Notes: a model not told the origin generated them from the letters alone. Shown: positions 38,405 through 49,610, numbered from the stretch's first letter. The stretch: 64,000 bases of DNA from Raillietiella orientalis (GCA_036172245.1 JAYWIR010000004.1:1-64000); one strand, 5' to 3'. A program made the numbers and translations.

Positions 38405-39402
38405 TGGTTGGATCTATATCAACAAGCAGTATAAAGATGCCCAACTCATGATAATGGTCAATGGCATCTATGCTCTTTTCACCTACTATATGGTGCGGTA
38501 TCGTAGGTTGAACCAAGTGTTTATCCCAGATGATGACTGGCGCCAGACATCCCAACGCTACTACCTAACCCCAGTCCAAGCCAAGCACCCGTCCCGTCTA
38601 AACCCTGTATCAAGTCAGGCACTGATCTCGAAACAAATGGCGGTGAATTGTATGGTCCTTATTATAGCTACCAAGGTTTCATGGTGGCTCACGAATCACC
38701 ATACTGGTGTGCGCAAGAATTAAAAGGGGGCAGGTTTCCCTTTAAAAGTGTGGAGGTCGTTATTTGGCCGAGTCTCCTTATCAAAGGGACTGGATGCCAC
38801 TCACACTTTAGGGCACTTCCGCAGTACGCTCAGAGTTTTGGAGCTGGTGGGGTTTACTAGGATGATTGAGTCGATGCCTTTATCAGTCACTGGTCCTCCG
38901 TCAAAGCCTATATCGATATCCCAAGATGCTCTCCTCCGATTCCATTCCCCTCCTGTCGGTACTCAAGCATGCTGCGGCGTACCAGGCATTTAAGAGGCTT
39001 GTTAACTGGGCCCAAGCAGCCAATTTCCCAGAGATAGAGAACATGGCTTTTCTGGGGGAAGCATATGCGAACATTATGCTGAACTCTATCTACTACCATA
39101 TAGGAGCTCGGTACATTACAGGGCAGCCACGAAGCAATTTCAACGACACCGATGCCGACTCCGTTCTTGGTCGGCTTGGATCTTTTATGTTGAATATATA
39201 CCCTAAATCCACCTTCTGCATGTCACCACACATTTCTCGCAATGTGGTTGAGTCGAAAGAGGACTTTTCCCCTGAGTGGGATGCGTTTTGCACGAAGGTC
39301 CCGAAGGAAATATCGCTGAAGCCAATTGAAGCCACCACACCACAGTTAGCCGAAGAAAGAGTTACCCTTTTGCGTACCCAGCTCTATGATGCGATGAGTT
39401 AG
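38405..39402 (+). pseudogene. Endogenous viral element: putative negative-strand RNA virus nucleoprotein, qinvirus-like, frameshifted
   Basis: Abrupt drop in GC; consecutive frames give ATKVSWWLTNHHTG, HTLGHFRSTL, DALLRFHSPPVGT, YHIGARYITG, LGSF..YPKSTFCMSPH, which I recall as qin-like N motifs. Confidence 0.5.
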
Positions 39403-39659
39403 TTTCAAGTTAGGCATTCCCGTCCCGCTCCGGTACGACTCGCTGGGGGTAGTGCCTGCAGCTGAGCCAGTCGAGTAACCAATGATCTCAGACGTGTGCA
39501 ATGCATATTGGAATATATGGTGTGACCTATTCTGTGAAATTGCCATAAAAGTGTTTATTTTGTTGCAAATATGTTTTGATTTGATGCTCACTTTTACACA
39601 TTAGTACAATACGCAGGTGGACGTAAAGAGGTGGTTTGCGATGGCGTGGCTGTTATTCA

Positions 39660-40366
39660 CTACTGCAAAGGGACTCCTTCGGTGGGGAGAAGAACTTGGT
39701 GACTCCGGGGGACTTGCGTCTGCGAACTGCGTTCGGTGCGGGATGACGGAGTCCATCCCGCACCTACTTCTGGACTGCGGTGTTCTACGAGGACCCTGGC
39801 GGAGGCTGGCAACAGCAATCTTGCATCCCATGGACACCGCAAGAGACTTGCTCCGACGATACTTCACGCCAACCGGGCTATCTTCAAGCGCAAGGATTGC
39901 AACCATCGGTTGCGTACGCGCAAGTTTCAGTCCGTCAGGCGCTGGTATTCAACGGGCAGCACCAAGAGGTAGTTGGCAAAGCATCCTCCTACATGCAATC
40001 GGTAGCCAGATGGCCTCATTTGACAGAGACAAGGGAACTATGCGGCATACAGCACTGCAGCGACCTACCCGGTGATCCTTGCCCCACACTCCATGATTTT
40101 TTTTTTTTGCCCACTTCCGTCCCCTTAGTCTCCGGAACATTCTAGGTGCTCTCTATATGAATCCCCTGAGTACAGAGCCTCACCAAAGACCCGTCACTAT
40201 TCCCTCCCGTTTGTTTGTTTTCTTATTTCCTACTCCTACCATGTTGCGAGCGGTTTGTTTACCAGGCCTACGTGCAGGTAACTCCCTATGTTCTCTGTAG
40301 TTGCGCTGGTTGGGGACATGGTTCCTGACCGGTTTATTTTAAATAAACGGCCCGGCGTGACCGGGT
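39660..40366 (+). mobile_element. Family C ORF2 C-terminus plus 3' UTR
   Basis: CVRCGMTESIPHLLLDC; similar to the reverse complement of 10665-11535; terminal hairpin 40342-40366. Confidence 0.85.
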
Positions 40367-41050
40367 GATAAACTTCAATCTAGTGTGGACGTGTTTTTCC
40401 GTCGCTCTCGTCTCTAGGCTGTCATCCGCTTCATCTTGGTGTCGTGCATTCCGACGACGATGTCGACCCAACGAGAAGCTACTGATGTTGGAGGACCAGC
40501 GTGAGGATCTGCAACCGCGGAACCGACGGCCGCCTCGTCTTCGTCTGCCTCGCCAGCGGCGAGTAGCTTTGCGGACATTTCTGCAGCTGCAGCCGTCAAA
40601 GGAGGATCCCTAGACGAGGCGAAGTTGCGAGCTTACGTAGCCCAGGGCTATAGCCCCGCACTCCGTTATCAGATGAGTGGGTTTCTTTCTACTCGCGACG
40701 GGGGTCAATTCAACGACGAATTGACCCACATAGGCGTGCGGGAGGAAGACCTGAAAGAGCTCCTGCTCTTCGTGCGGAACGCCATGCAACCAGCCGCAGT
40801 CCTAGCAGCATTTAGAGGAACATTCGGAAGGACCTGGCCAGGGTCCTCAATAGGATGCACCCGCCTTCAGCTGGCGGTGATCCCTTTCCTTCCCTCCGAA
40901 GCCTTTTTATTTATTTATTTTTTTATTTTTCTTTTCTTTCTTTTCCCATTTCCCTTCGCTACCGAGTTGAGTTCCGTCGGTCTGCATACCGACGACCTGG
41001 CAGGCCAGATGTTATGTTAGCCGTAATGGGGCCTTGTACAACAAATGTAT
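40367..41050 (+). mobile_element. Family D 5' end/ORF1 start (to about 40755) fused to an ORF2 tail/3' UTR fragment
   Basis: RAYVAQGYSPALRYQMSGFLSTRDG matches the 9586..10476 ORF; GTGATCCCTTTCC 3' UTR motif near 40877. Confidence 0.75.
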
Positions 41051-41075
41051 AGATGAGTGATGTATAGAATAGTAA

Positions 41076-41388
41076 CCACATTTGCAAAATACCTATACCT
41101 CAAGCAAGGAGCCATTTATTTACAGAATTGCAAGAAAGCTGATGTTACCCAGTTGTACAATTGGGAATCCATCATCGTCATGGACCTTATACGTGACAAT
41201 AGAGAGTGCAGTACGTGTTCATCAAAAGCCTCAAGAACGGAATAATATTTGAACCGAAGTACCAAGGATCCATGGAGTGTGTTCAGACACCGGACGTTAT
41301 CGTCATGGCTAACTGGGACCCTGACTACCAAAAGATGTCTTCCGATAGATGGAAACTCATCAACATCACTTCCTCCAACAGAAAATAA
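41076..41388 (+). pseudogene. rep: CRESS virus Rep helicase C-terminal fragment (unit 1)
   Basis: FAKYLYLKQGAIY, LKNGIIFEPKY, IVMANWDPD..SSDRW. Confidence 0.85.
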
Positions 41389-41439
41389 ACCTTCACTGTT
41401 GACGCTGATGACATCACCCTTTGTTAAAACAAACACAAG

Positions 41440-41830
41440 TCCTAATAAAGACTAATTCCTCCAGCCTTCCTTCATTGTCTAAATTGTCGCATGTTTCCCC
41501 TAAACAACCAATACCTCCCATGAATTCCATACATAGGAGTTCCTCGAACCAATCTACCCTTACTTGGACACACACCAGACTGACACCTTCCCTTAAAATC
41601 ATCAGGAATATCTTGACCAAGACATGTGCTTCATTATATAAAATGCCCGCACATTGTCCGCAAAGACAACTCTTCGCTCCTTCTAGTCTCCACCCAGATA
41701 GAACGAATGGCCTGTTCGCTCTTTCCGTTCTCATACTCTAACTTCCTATGCAAACAGCACGGCCAATAATAACTTATTCCCTTCACACCAAAGTATCTCC
41801 TCGACACTGCTTCTTTCTCATTATAAAACT
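41440..41830 (-). pseudogene. Diverged CRESS capsid C-terminal fragment (unit 1)
   Basis: RRYFGVKGISYY..RSIWVET aligns by eye with ARYFGVRGIRVY..RCPWIDS of the 42524..43450 capsid. Confidence 0.55.
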
Positions 41831-41852
41831 TGATAATAAATAATAACTGAAT

Positions 41853-42512
41853 AATCACACTACCTTCTACTCGAAAAACATTAATTTTGTAAAAGAATGC
41901 TTCCGATTCGCCAGAAGCAGGGCACACCCGAACCCCTTGGCCAAATTACAACCTAAAAGTTGGCAGATGGACATCCTAAAAATTATACGACTAAAACCCG
42001 AGTTACGCAAAATATATTGGTACTATGACCCTGTTGGAGGAACTGGCAAGACAACCATGGCCAAATTCCTGTACTTGAAAAAGGGCGCCATTTACATGCA
42101 TTCATGTAAAAAAGCCGACGCTGCCCATATATATAATGGAGAAAGAATAATCATTGTAGACCTCACCCGTGACAATCAAGAACACGTCCAGTACGGGTTC
42201 ATCGAAACACTCAAGAACGGAATCATCTTCGATTCCAAATACCAAGGATCCATAAAGTATTTCCAACCTCCCCACATCATATGCTTCAGTAACTGGGAGC
42301 CGAATTACAAGATGTCTAGTGATAGGTGGATTGTCAGAAATATTTCCAAGTCCGATGCAGCTCGACTCACAGATTGCATGATGGACGAAGGTGTCATTCT
42401 CCCTTGCGCTTGCGCTTCACGCCCTAGTACAGCGCAAGCCCACGACTCGCCTGACTCCTCCTCTCCCACATTGTCACCGTCCTCCCCCTTTTTTTATGAA
42501 ATACAAGATTAA
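41853..42512 (+). pseudogene. rep: CRESS Rep C-terminal half (SF3 helicase), open frame (unit 2)
   Basis: Walker A WYYDPVGGTGKTT, Walker B IIVDL, LKNG..SKY, motif C HIICFSN, SSDRW. Confidence 0.92.
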
Positions 42513-42523
42513 ATATATTTTCT

Positions 42524-43450
42524 CTATTTATATAATCTAACATCCTTCAAGTGCTTGAACTGGATATAGTACGTTCTCGTTATCCTATAGATTGGATAAC
42601 CTTTTTTCAAGCGACCGTCCTTTGGACATACGCCGGACTGACAAGCCTCCTTCAAATCGTCTGGTATATCCACTCCAGACATGTGCTTCAACACATGCAC
42701 ACGATTAAAATGTACGTAACTTTTCGTTTCAGGATCCAGGTTTACTCCTTGAGAACTATCAATCCAAGGGCAACGAACAAAACGAAATAATTGACCTCCG
42801 TATGTTTGCACAGTCTTTCGCAAATAAGCTCGCGAATACACACGAATACCTCGAACACCAAAGTATCGAGCAAAACAACCAGAAGTCTCTCCGTGACCAG
42901 ATATCGTATCCTCTAGTTTGATATACGGCATTCCTGCCAAATTCTCAAAATACTCTCCCTGGTTCGCCGACTGATACAGCAACACATTTCGATACGACAC
43001 CTTCATTCCGAACTCCTCCCCCATGTTTCCTATTGTCAGACCTAAAGACATCGGTTCTATCTTCATAGCACATCCCTTCACTCTAACATATCGATAGAAC
43101 TTCGCGAAAACATCCAAATTAGCTATTCGCAAAAGATCTTCCACCGACATCACGGTTTCGTCATACGTGAACATCCAAGAACAATTAACATGGTCTCCAT
43201 CAGCAGTCCTCAACGAACTGTAATGGACCGCATCTGCCAAAACATCCCGAGCTACCACACGCGTTGTACGAGACAACTTATAGCGAGGTGAACAATACAA
43301 CTTCGCACGGCGACGACGAACATTCCAACGACGACGGCGCTTTAACGTACTATATCCCCCTCTTCGACGAGACAAACGACGATGCTTCACCAAGAACGAT
43401 GATCCTGCACGCTTCCTCTTCCGAGAGCGAGCAGCGCGAGGTGATGTCAT
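42524..43450 (-). CDS. cap: CRESS virus capsid protein, intact 308-aa ORF (unit 2)
   Basis: Extremely Arg/Lys-rich N-terminus; ambisense to Rep; adjacent to an origin hairpin; homologous to four other decayed copies. Confidence 0.85.
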   Translation of the reverse strand: MTSPRAARSRKRKRAGSSFLVKHRRLSRRRGGYSTLKRRRRWNVRRRRAKLYCSPRYKLSRTTRVVARDVLADAVHYSSLRTADGDHVNCSWMFTYDETVMSVEDLLRIANLDVFAKFYRYVRVKGCAMKIEPMSLGLTIGNMGEEFGMKVSYRNVLLYQSANQGEYFENLAGMPYIKLEDTISGHGETSGCFARYFGVRGIRVYSRAYLRKTVQTYGGQLFRFVRCPWIDSSQGVNLDPETKSYVHFNRVHVLKHMSGVDIPDDLKEACQSGVCPKDGRLKKGYPIYRITRTYYIQFKHLKDVRLYK

Positions 43451-43696
43451 TCCGCTGCTTGACAGCGTACTGGCGACCTACACTAACCCCCCTCCCTTTT
43501 TCAAGTCCGCTGGTGGGACATGCCCACCCGACTTTATCAGCCTTCCACGAGGTCGGGTTACGCCACGCACTACCCGCGTGGACAGCAACAGCTTGTTCCG
43601 CATTCCTAATTCTTCCACGATTGCGGACATCAACCAGCTACTAAAAATATCCACTTACAACATATCGGAATTTCCCAAGGTTTTACGTTGCCAGCG

Positions 43697-43735
43697 AAAT
43701 GCAATCTGGGTAATACTATTTACCAGATTGCATTT
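43697..43735 (-). promoter_or_regulatory. Rolling-circle origin stem-loop with nonanucleotide TAGTATTAC
   Basis: 13-bp perfect stem AAATGCAATCTGG/CCAGATTGCATTT; loop contains GTAATACTA (43710-43718); TATAAAT at 43753-43759 upstream of Rep. Confidence 0.93.
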
Positions 43736-43819
43736 TATGCGTAGTTACGCAGTATAAATACAAACTACACACAACATTAACCTAGTGCTACTTACACAGA
43801 ATTACAGTGAACATACAAG

Positions 43820-44086
43820 ATGCCTTACGCACTCTTCTTCAATTGGTGTTTCACACTATGCAATTTCTCCGAAGACGAACTCAAGAATATCAAAGATTGG
43901 TGCAGATGCAACTGCTACTTCGCATGCATCGGCAAAGAAACAGCATCTACAGGAACACCGCACCTACAGGGCTACTTCCAACTAAAAGAGGCTAGAACGT
44001 TACCAGGACTCAAACGCAAAACCTTCCGGAAGTGCCACCTCGAGAAAGCTCGAGGATCATCACGGAGCAACTTAAGGTACTGCACA
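43820..44086 (+). pseudogene. rep: CRESS Rep N-terminal HUH endonuclease half (unit 2), truncated at motif III
   Basis: WCFTLCNF, TPHLQGY, NLRYCT. Confidence 0.92.
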
Positions 44087-44134
44087 AACTCTTGCATTAT
44101 CTTACCATAATAGAAATAAAATGGTCCCTTAATT

Positions 44135-44392
44135 TGCAAAGACCATGTAGGAAGACAGGCCTCTAGGAGGCTGTCGGCAACGTGGAAATGGGTTGATGGT
44201 GACCAGAAGATTTCCTTGAGTGAAGTAATTATTGATGCAACTCAGAGCAAAAAAGTGGTTTCGACAATCCGGAATCTCCAGCGGGAGTCCGCATGGCTTT
44301 CCCTCATTAATAAGCATCCCGACCAGGGGAAAGCCACATTTAGTCACGCTCAACCACCTGATGTGCAAAACCATCCTTCCAATTACGTTTAG
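44135..44392 (+). mobile_element. Fragment of an RLE-type non-LTR retrotransposon (Utopia/NeSL-like), post-RT region
   Basis: My translation: ..ASRRLSATWKW...WLSLINKHPDQGKA..HPSNY, resembling the ASRRL...KPDQGK...SNHF region I recall for Utopia/NeSL proteins. Confidence 0.5.
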
Positions 44393-44502
44393 ATGCTACC
44401 CGCTTCAGTAAATGAAATCTGTTTTTTCCAAATCCAAGCATGCTCATCCTGACTACAGTCTTATTACATCAGTTCACTTCATAATGATGGTTTTTGTTTT
44501 CG

Positions 44503-45140
44503 AATAAACGTCCCGGCGCAAACTGGTAAGGAACGATCACGCAGCACGGACGTGCGCTGTTGTGGATCTCTGAGCGTGTTTTTAGTTTGCCTGCACTGCC
44601 GGTTCTGCCTTGCATCGGCGAGAAATTTTGCCTCGGTCGTCAACGCCGAGGCAGCCAACGGAGCACCCCACAATGCAGAGCTGCGGGCATATGTAGTTCT
44701 AGGCTACAAGTCCGCTCTCTGCTGCACGGTCAGTGCCTTGAGAACGAATGGAGTGGGTGACAAACGCCGCGACGAGCTTGACGGCATCAGGGTGCGGGAG
44801 GATGACCATCTGGCTGTGATGCCCGTAAGTGCACTTGGACATTAGGAGGTGCACTGCAAAAAAGCAGCTCTCGTCTAGCGCCTGCTACGCACCCCGCTGA
44901 ACATCCGCGGGAAAATCGTCCCCTCGGCCATGGACCAGTCGTTCTTTGTCCAATTATCCGCCATCCGTGCGAAAACTTCCGATCGCGAGCTCCTGAGCGC
45001 GCTGGGGGCATTCGCTACGGTGCACGCTCTGTGAAGAATAGCAAACCTAATCAAAAGGATCGCATCCCTCCACAGCGAACTCGCGACGGCGCGAATCATC
45101 AGGGCGGACCGGTGGCTCTTGTCTTCGGAGCTCAACTACG
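44503..45140 (+). mobile_element. Terminal hairpin followed by a degenerate family D-like 5' end/ORF1
   Basis: ELRAYVVLGYKSAL, VREDDHLAVMPV, RLLRTPLNIRGK similar to ORF 9586..10476. Confidence 0.75.
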
Positions 45141-45145
45141 AGGTT

Positions 45146-45991
45146 GACGAATAAAATCTTTCGTCTCTTATTCCTTTAGACAAAAAATAAGTTCCAGTAC
45201 ACTGCATGCCGAATAATTCTTCAACAATAATCCACTCTTTGAAATCGAACCATCTCCTTCCCAAGGTGACGGAATCTCAAATCCAGCAATATGTCATATC
45301 AAATGCGCCTGCAAACTATACATTTGTTCATTTCCTCAGCATTGTCTCCGTCCATCCATCCACACTCTATTTTCCAAGTTACAGTACCTCCATGCATAAG
45401 GTGATTCAAGTTCATACGCGACTTTACAAACGCCCAGCAACCGATTTCTATCCTGTTGTAGAAACAATTTGCCTTGCCATTGAAAATTTCGATAGTCCTC
45501 CAAGCATTTTCATATTTTTGTGTCAAAGCAGCTACCTCATTCTCACACCAAAGATACCCCCTCCCCCATGAGTCAGTATCAAGTGCCTGCTCTCCTTATA
45601 ATCCACATCGTCTCTTGAGTCAGAAAATGTGTAATCCAAAGATTCAAACGTATACCGTATTCCAGCAAGCTTCACCTGCTGGAACACCCTCCACATTCCA
45701 TCCAAAGTAAGCATCCTCAACCAGTCCATTATGTTGTATCACTTAACAACTACGTATAAGTGCCAGCTGTTTCACTACCCCGCGTTACAAAAAACTACAA
45801 ACCAAGCACTTGAGACCGTAAAGCCCTCTTCGTAAACCCATGGCTAAAACCACTACGCCCAAAAAACAACCTCCTCCTAAACAAACGCGTACATTCCTCC
45901 TCCGTTGACGTATTAACCATAGACACCGTACAACTATGCTTTCCATTTGGTCCTTTTCCAACACGTTTCGCTTCAACTGGCGGACTGGCAT
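45146..45991 (-). pseudogene. cap: CRESS capsid, diverged and frameshifted (unit 3)
   Basis: Arg-rich N-terminus, RVFQQVKLAGIRY, IFGVR, CGWMD, C-terminal KGIRDERFY. Confidence 0.7.
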
Positions 45992-46144
45992 AGTCTCCTC
46001 CCTTCACACAGTCCTGCGCCTACTGATTAAACAGCCATAAAACAAACAATATATGCCTACCCCATCTTCCCGTACCACTCCCACAACTGAGCACTTTCCC
46101 ACCCTTCCACGTGCTACCCGTTATCCGAGAAGTGCAATGCACGC

Positions 46145-46214
46145 TGAAAATGTTTCAAGGTGAAAATGTTTCAAGAACTTTGACACCTCGGCGGCTGGGT
46201 AACACTAACCAGTC
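46145..46214 (-). promoter_or_regulatory. Second origin region: iteron-like direct repeat plus hairpin with TAGTGTTAC
   Basis: TGAAAATGTTTCAAG twice (46145-46159, 46161-46175); CTGG-GTAACACTAA-CCAG near 46195-46212. Confidence 0.65.
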
Positions 46215-46501
46215 AACTCAAAAAACATAAATATCATGAGCTACGGTTAACTAAACAGTCTGACCACCTTAGTGTTACCATCCTAAGCATCCGAAGCATG
46301 CCACAAAGAACCACGCAAAGTACTGGTGCTTCACCCCAAATAATAACATAGATGAAGAGTACCAAACCACCAGAAAGTGGTTTCGACTGGAATCTTCATT
46401 CGCCATAATAGGCAAACAAGGAGAATCCAACACACCTCATCTCCAAGGTTACACCTTACAGCTACACCACCCAAAAACAATTCTTTAGTTGAAGTATGTA
46501 G

Positions 46502-47380
46502 ATGCCTTACGCCGTTGTTAACTGGTGCCTTACGCTTAACAACTACACGCAAGATGACGTCATCAGCATCAAAACCTGCTGCCACTTGCACTACTCCTAC
46601 GCAGTTATCGCCAAGGAGCAAGGATCCTCAGGAACTCCACATCTCCAGGGTTACCTTCAACTTACCGATGCATGCACATTGCCTCAAATGCAACGAATTC
46701 CCTTTCAAAGGGCCCACCTGGAAAAAGCTAACGGCAGTCCTGAAAGCAACCTCAGGTACTGCACGAAAGATAAAAACGCCTGGATCTATGGAGCCATCAC
46801 AGAAGACCACGGCCAGGTTCGTATGAGAGACATGTTATTAACAACCATTTTCACAAACACCTATCTTACATATCTTTCTTTCTTTTAGATTCTCCAACTC
46901 ATCAATGCTCCAAAAACATCAACTTCATTAAGGAATGCTTTCGGGTTCTCCGAAACGAGACTGCCCCGAATCCCATGGCTAGATTACGTTTACGCCAATG
47001 GCAAATGGATCTGCTTGATCTACTGCGAAAGGATCCCACCCCCAAAACATCTACTGGCTGAAAGACTCGAAAGGAAACGCCGGAAAAACTACATTCGCTA
47101 GATTTTTATTTTTGAGAAAAACAGCAATTTACATGCAGTCTTGTAAAAAGGCTGACGCTGCTCATTTGTACAATGAGGAGCCCATCATTGTTGTAGATTT
47201 CAACAGAGACAACAAAGAGCTTGTCCAGTATGGATACATAGAAACCCTCAAGAATGAGATCCTTTTCGATCCAAAATATCAGGGGAGCAGCAAATACTAC
47301 TCCACTCCTCACGTCCTTGTCTTTGCAAACTGGAGCCAGACTTCTCCAAAGTAAGTCAAGACAGATGGGTTGTCATAGAT
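46502..47380 (+). pseudogene. rep: CRESS Rep with intron 46817-46888 (unit 3), disrupted
   Basis: WCLTLNNY, TPHLQGY, YCTK; GNAGKTT; LKNE..PKY, HVLVFANW. Confidence 0.9.
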
Positions 47381-47479
47381 CTCAACACCTTGCTGAGGAA
47401 GACTTCTTGGACCATGGATGATTCAGGCAGTCTACTCTCCTGGTGCAAGCCTTCATAGCTCCTTCTGAAGACAATTATG

Positions 47480-48400
47480 ATGAATGATACGAAAACAGGG
47501 TACAGGTTCCTCCAATACGTCCAATTAACTCCCGTAGATACTCAATCTGATCCGGAGCGTTAAATCTACTACATCATCCAGCATCGCAATAATTTAAGGA
47601 CACATCATCCCCATACGAAACACTTTTCGCAGTATACGCAGTACATCTAATAAACCTGCGTGGTACCCTTGCTCGGCCTCGCCGATATCGAGAATGCCTT
47701 CGATTCGCTAGATCAAACAATGCTGCTAAGGATCCTGAGGAGAATGGGTTTCCAAACGATGTTTTTAGCGAAAGCACAAGCAGGAGACGCTGGACGAAAT
47801 AACTTCCAACATCAGGATCAACGGCACTGAGTGGAAATCAGATGGGAAGAGAATTCCACCAGGGAAATGCCCTAGTCTGATGTTCCTCGCCCTCTACCTG
47901 GACGCGGCGTCGTCCTATGTGGCAAAGGTTTAAGGGTCTCACATTGGAAGGGGAAAACACCCACCTGGCCTATGCCGATGACGAGCTCTTCGTCAAGGCG
48001 GATGAGTAGGATCACAGAGCGTTCTTGGACATCGCTGAAGCCATGGAATACGGACGCGGTTTAAAGATGAACCCAACTAAATCGTGCCTCTTCATAACAG
48101 AAACACCGCTCGCACGGTTCAGAACCATGGACGAAGCCAAATACCTCGGTGTCCATATCGAAGAAAAGGAAGCAGTATTGCCACTCAAATGGAAGGACAT
48201 CGAGCAGAAACTAAGGAAACCGGCAAATACCAGGGGAAGGATTTCTCTCTAAATGAGGTCAACCTTTGGAGCAGTGCTCACACTCAAGTTCGTGTTCATG
48301 GTGGCGTTCTATAACATCCCAGAATGACCAAATACCTAGACAACGACCAGAGTTTCCTCATGTGTAACGGGAAAAAATTCCGTATGAAGACGAAGTGCCT
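47480..48400 (+). mobile_element. Old, AT-richer L1/Tx1-like RT fragment
   Basis: AFDSLDQTMLLRILRRMGF, AYADD, GLKMNPTKS, KYLGV. Confidence 0.75.
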
Positions 48401-48429
48401 ATCATCCGCGAGCGGAAGGCGGTACCAAT

Positions 48430-49415
48430 ATGCCCAAGATCGTATACGCCGTCCAGCTCCAAGATATCAGGCAACTCGTCAGGTACGCAAACGCTGGTGT
48501 CGACTGCACTGCAGCTATGCTATTCTCACCAAAGAAACTGGCAGTCAAAACAGCCCTCACATCCCAAGGATACCTGCAGCTGCATGAACCTAGAACCCTT
48601 TCACAACTCAAACGACCACCATTTCAACAAGTGCATATGGAAACTGACAAGGGCAAGCCACAAAGCAACAAAGACTGCTGTTCCAAACAGAACTCGAACC
48701 CATGGGCATATGGCTCCCTTGACAACGATGAGACCGATAATGAAAAAGGTACAAGTCTCATATTTACTTAATCCCATTCCCACAGATATTGCAACTCATA
48801 AAATCCGGCCATGATGACAAGTACCTCCTAGAACATCACACGAGATTCTACTCCAAAAACATTAACCTGATTACAGAATGCGCTTCCGACTCCACCGAGA
48901 TACAAGACATCCCAACCCCATGGCAGGACTCCGTCTTCGTGAATGGAAACTTACAATTCTCCATACACGGAAGAAACCACCAAACCCACGCAACATTATT
49001 TGGATTAAAAGACGAATGCGGCAACAGAATAAAAACAACCTTCGCAAAATCTCTCTACTTAAAAGGATCAGCCATATACCTACAATCTTGCAAGAAAGCA
49101 GACGCTGCCCATCTCTACAATGGAGAGAAAATTATACTCGTCGACCTTACGAAAGACAACAGAATTTGCTCAATGCAGATTCATCGAGTTCCTCAAGAAT
49201 CATCCTCGATCCCAAATACCAGGTATCTGTCGAGTATTTCACAACGCCACATAATTGTATTCGCAAACTGGGACCCAGACCACAAAAAGATGACTACAGA
49301 TCGTTGGCAAATCATCAACATAACAAACCACAACAGGAAAAAAAACATCTTTCACAATGGACGAAGATGGAGCCATTGTACCCTTTCGCAAAGATACCAC
49401 TGTAACAACCGATGA
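48430..49415 (+). pseudogene. rep: CRESS Rep with probable intron 48749-48785 (unit 4), disrupted
   Basis: QGYLQLHEPRTL, KTTFAKSLYLK, IILVDL, HIIVFANWDPD..TDRW. Confidence 0.85.
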
Positions 49416-49429
49416 GAAATAAATTTTAT

Positions 49430-49610
49430 TTATTGATACCCTAACTCGTTGTCTCTCATTCCTTTAAACATAAAATAAAACTTCCTCGGAATTTTATCAT
49501 CCGGAGAACCCTTCTTTAGTTCTCCCACCATTGGATGCAAAACAACATTCGCATTTGGAACTGGCCGTACGTGATCCACGATCCCATGCGACCGTCGGCC
49601 TGATGTCCGC
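49430..49610 (-). pseudogene. cap: CRESS capsid extreme C-terminus (unit 4)
   Basis: GELKKG...RKFYFMFKGMRD aligns with GRLKKG...RTYYIQFKHLKD; AATAAA on both strands at 49418-49434. Confidence 0.65.

Larger units (their letters stand above)
3344..44527. repeat. Dispersed 25-nt terminal motif AATAAA-YGB-CCCGG-N5-CCGGG-T, 11 copies
   Basis: 3344-3368(+), 8756-8780(+, degenerate), 10665-10689(-), 14759-14783(-), 16544-16568(+), 18797-18821(-), 27396-27421(+), 32792-32816(+), 35540-35564(+), 40342-40366(+), 44503-44527(+). Confidence 0.92.

Noticed and set aside
44129..44374. 81-aa minus-strand ORF as a viral gene
   Set aside because: The plus-strand frame gives a better, retroelement-like reading
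3344..44527. Hairpin motif as a CRISPR repeat or integron attC site
   Set aside because: Spacing is kilobases and irregular, both orientations occur, there is no cas or tyrosine integrase gene, and the context is eukaryotic; it tracks retroelement 3' ends
1..45140. snRNA, tRNA, rRNA, spliced-leader or telomeric repeat targets at element junctions
   Set aside because: None recognised by eye; flanks are other retroelement sequence. A covariance-model search is needed to exclude them formally
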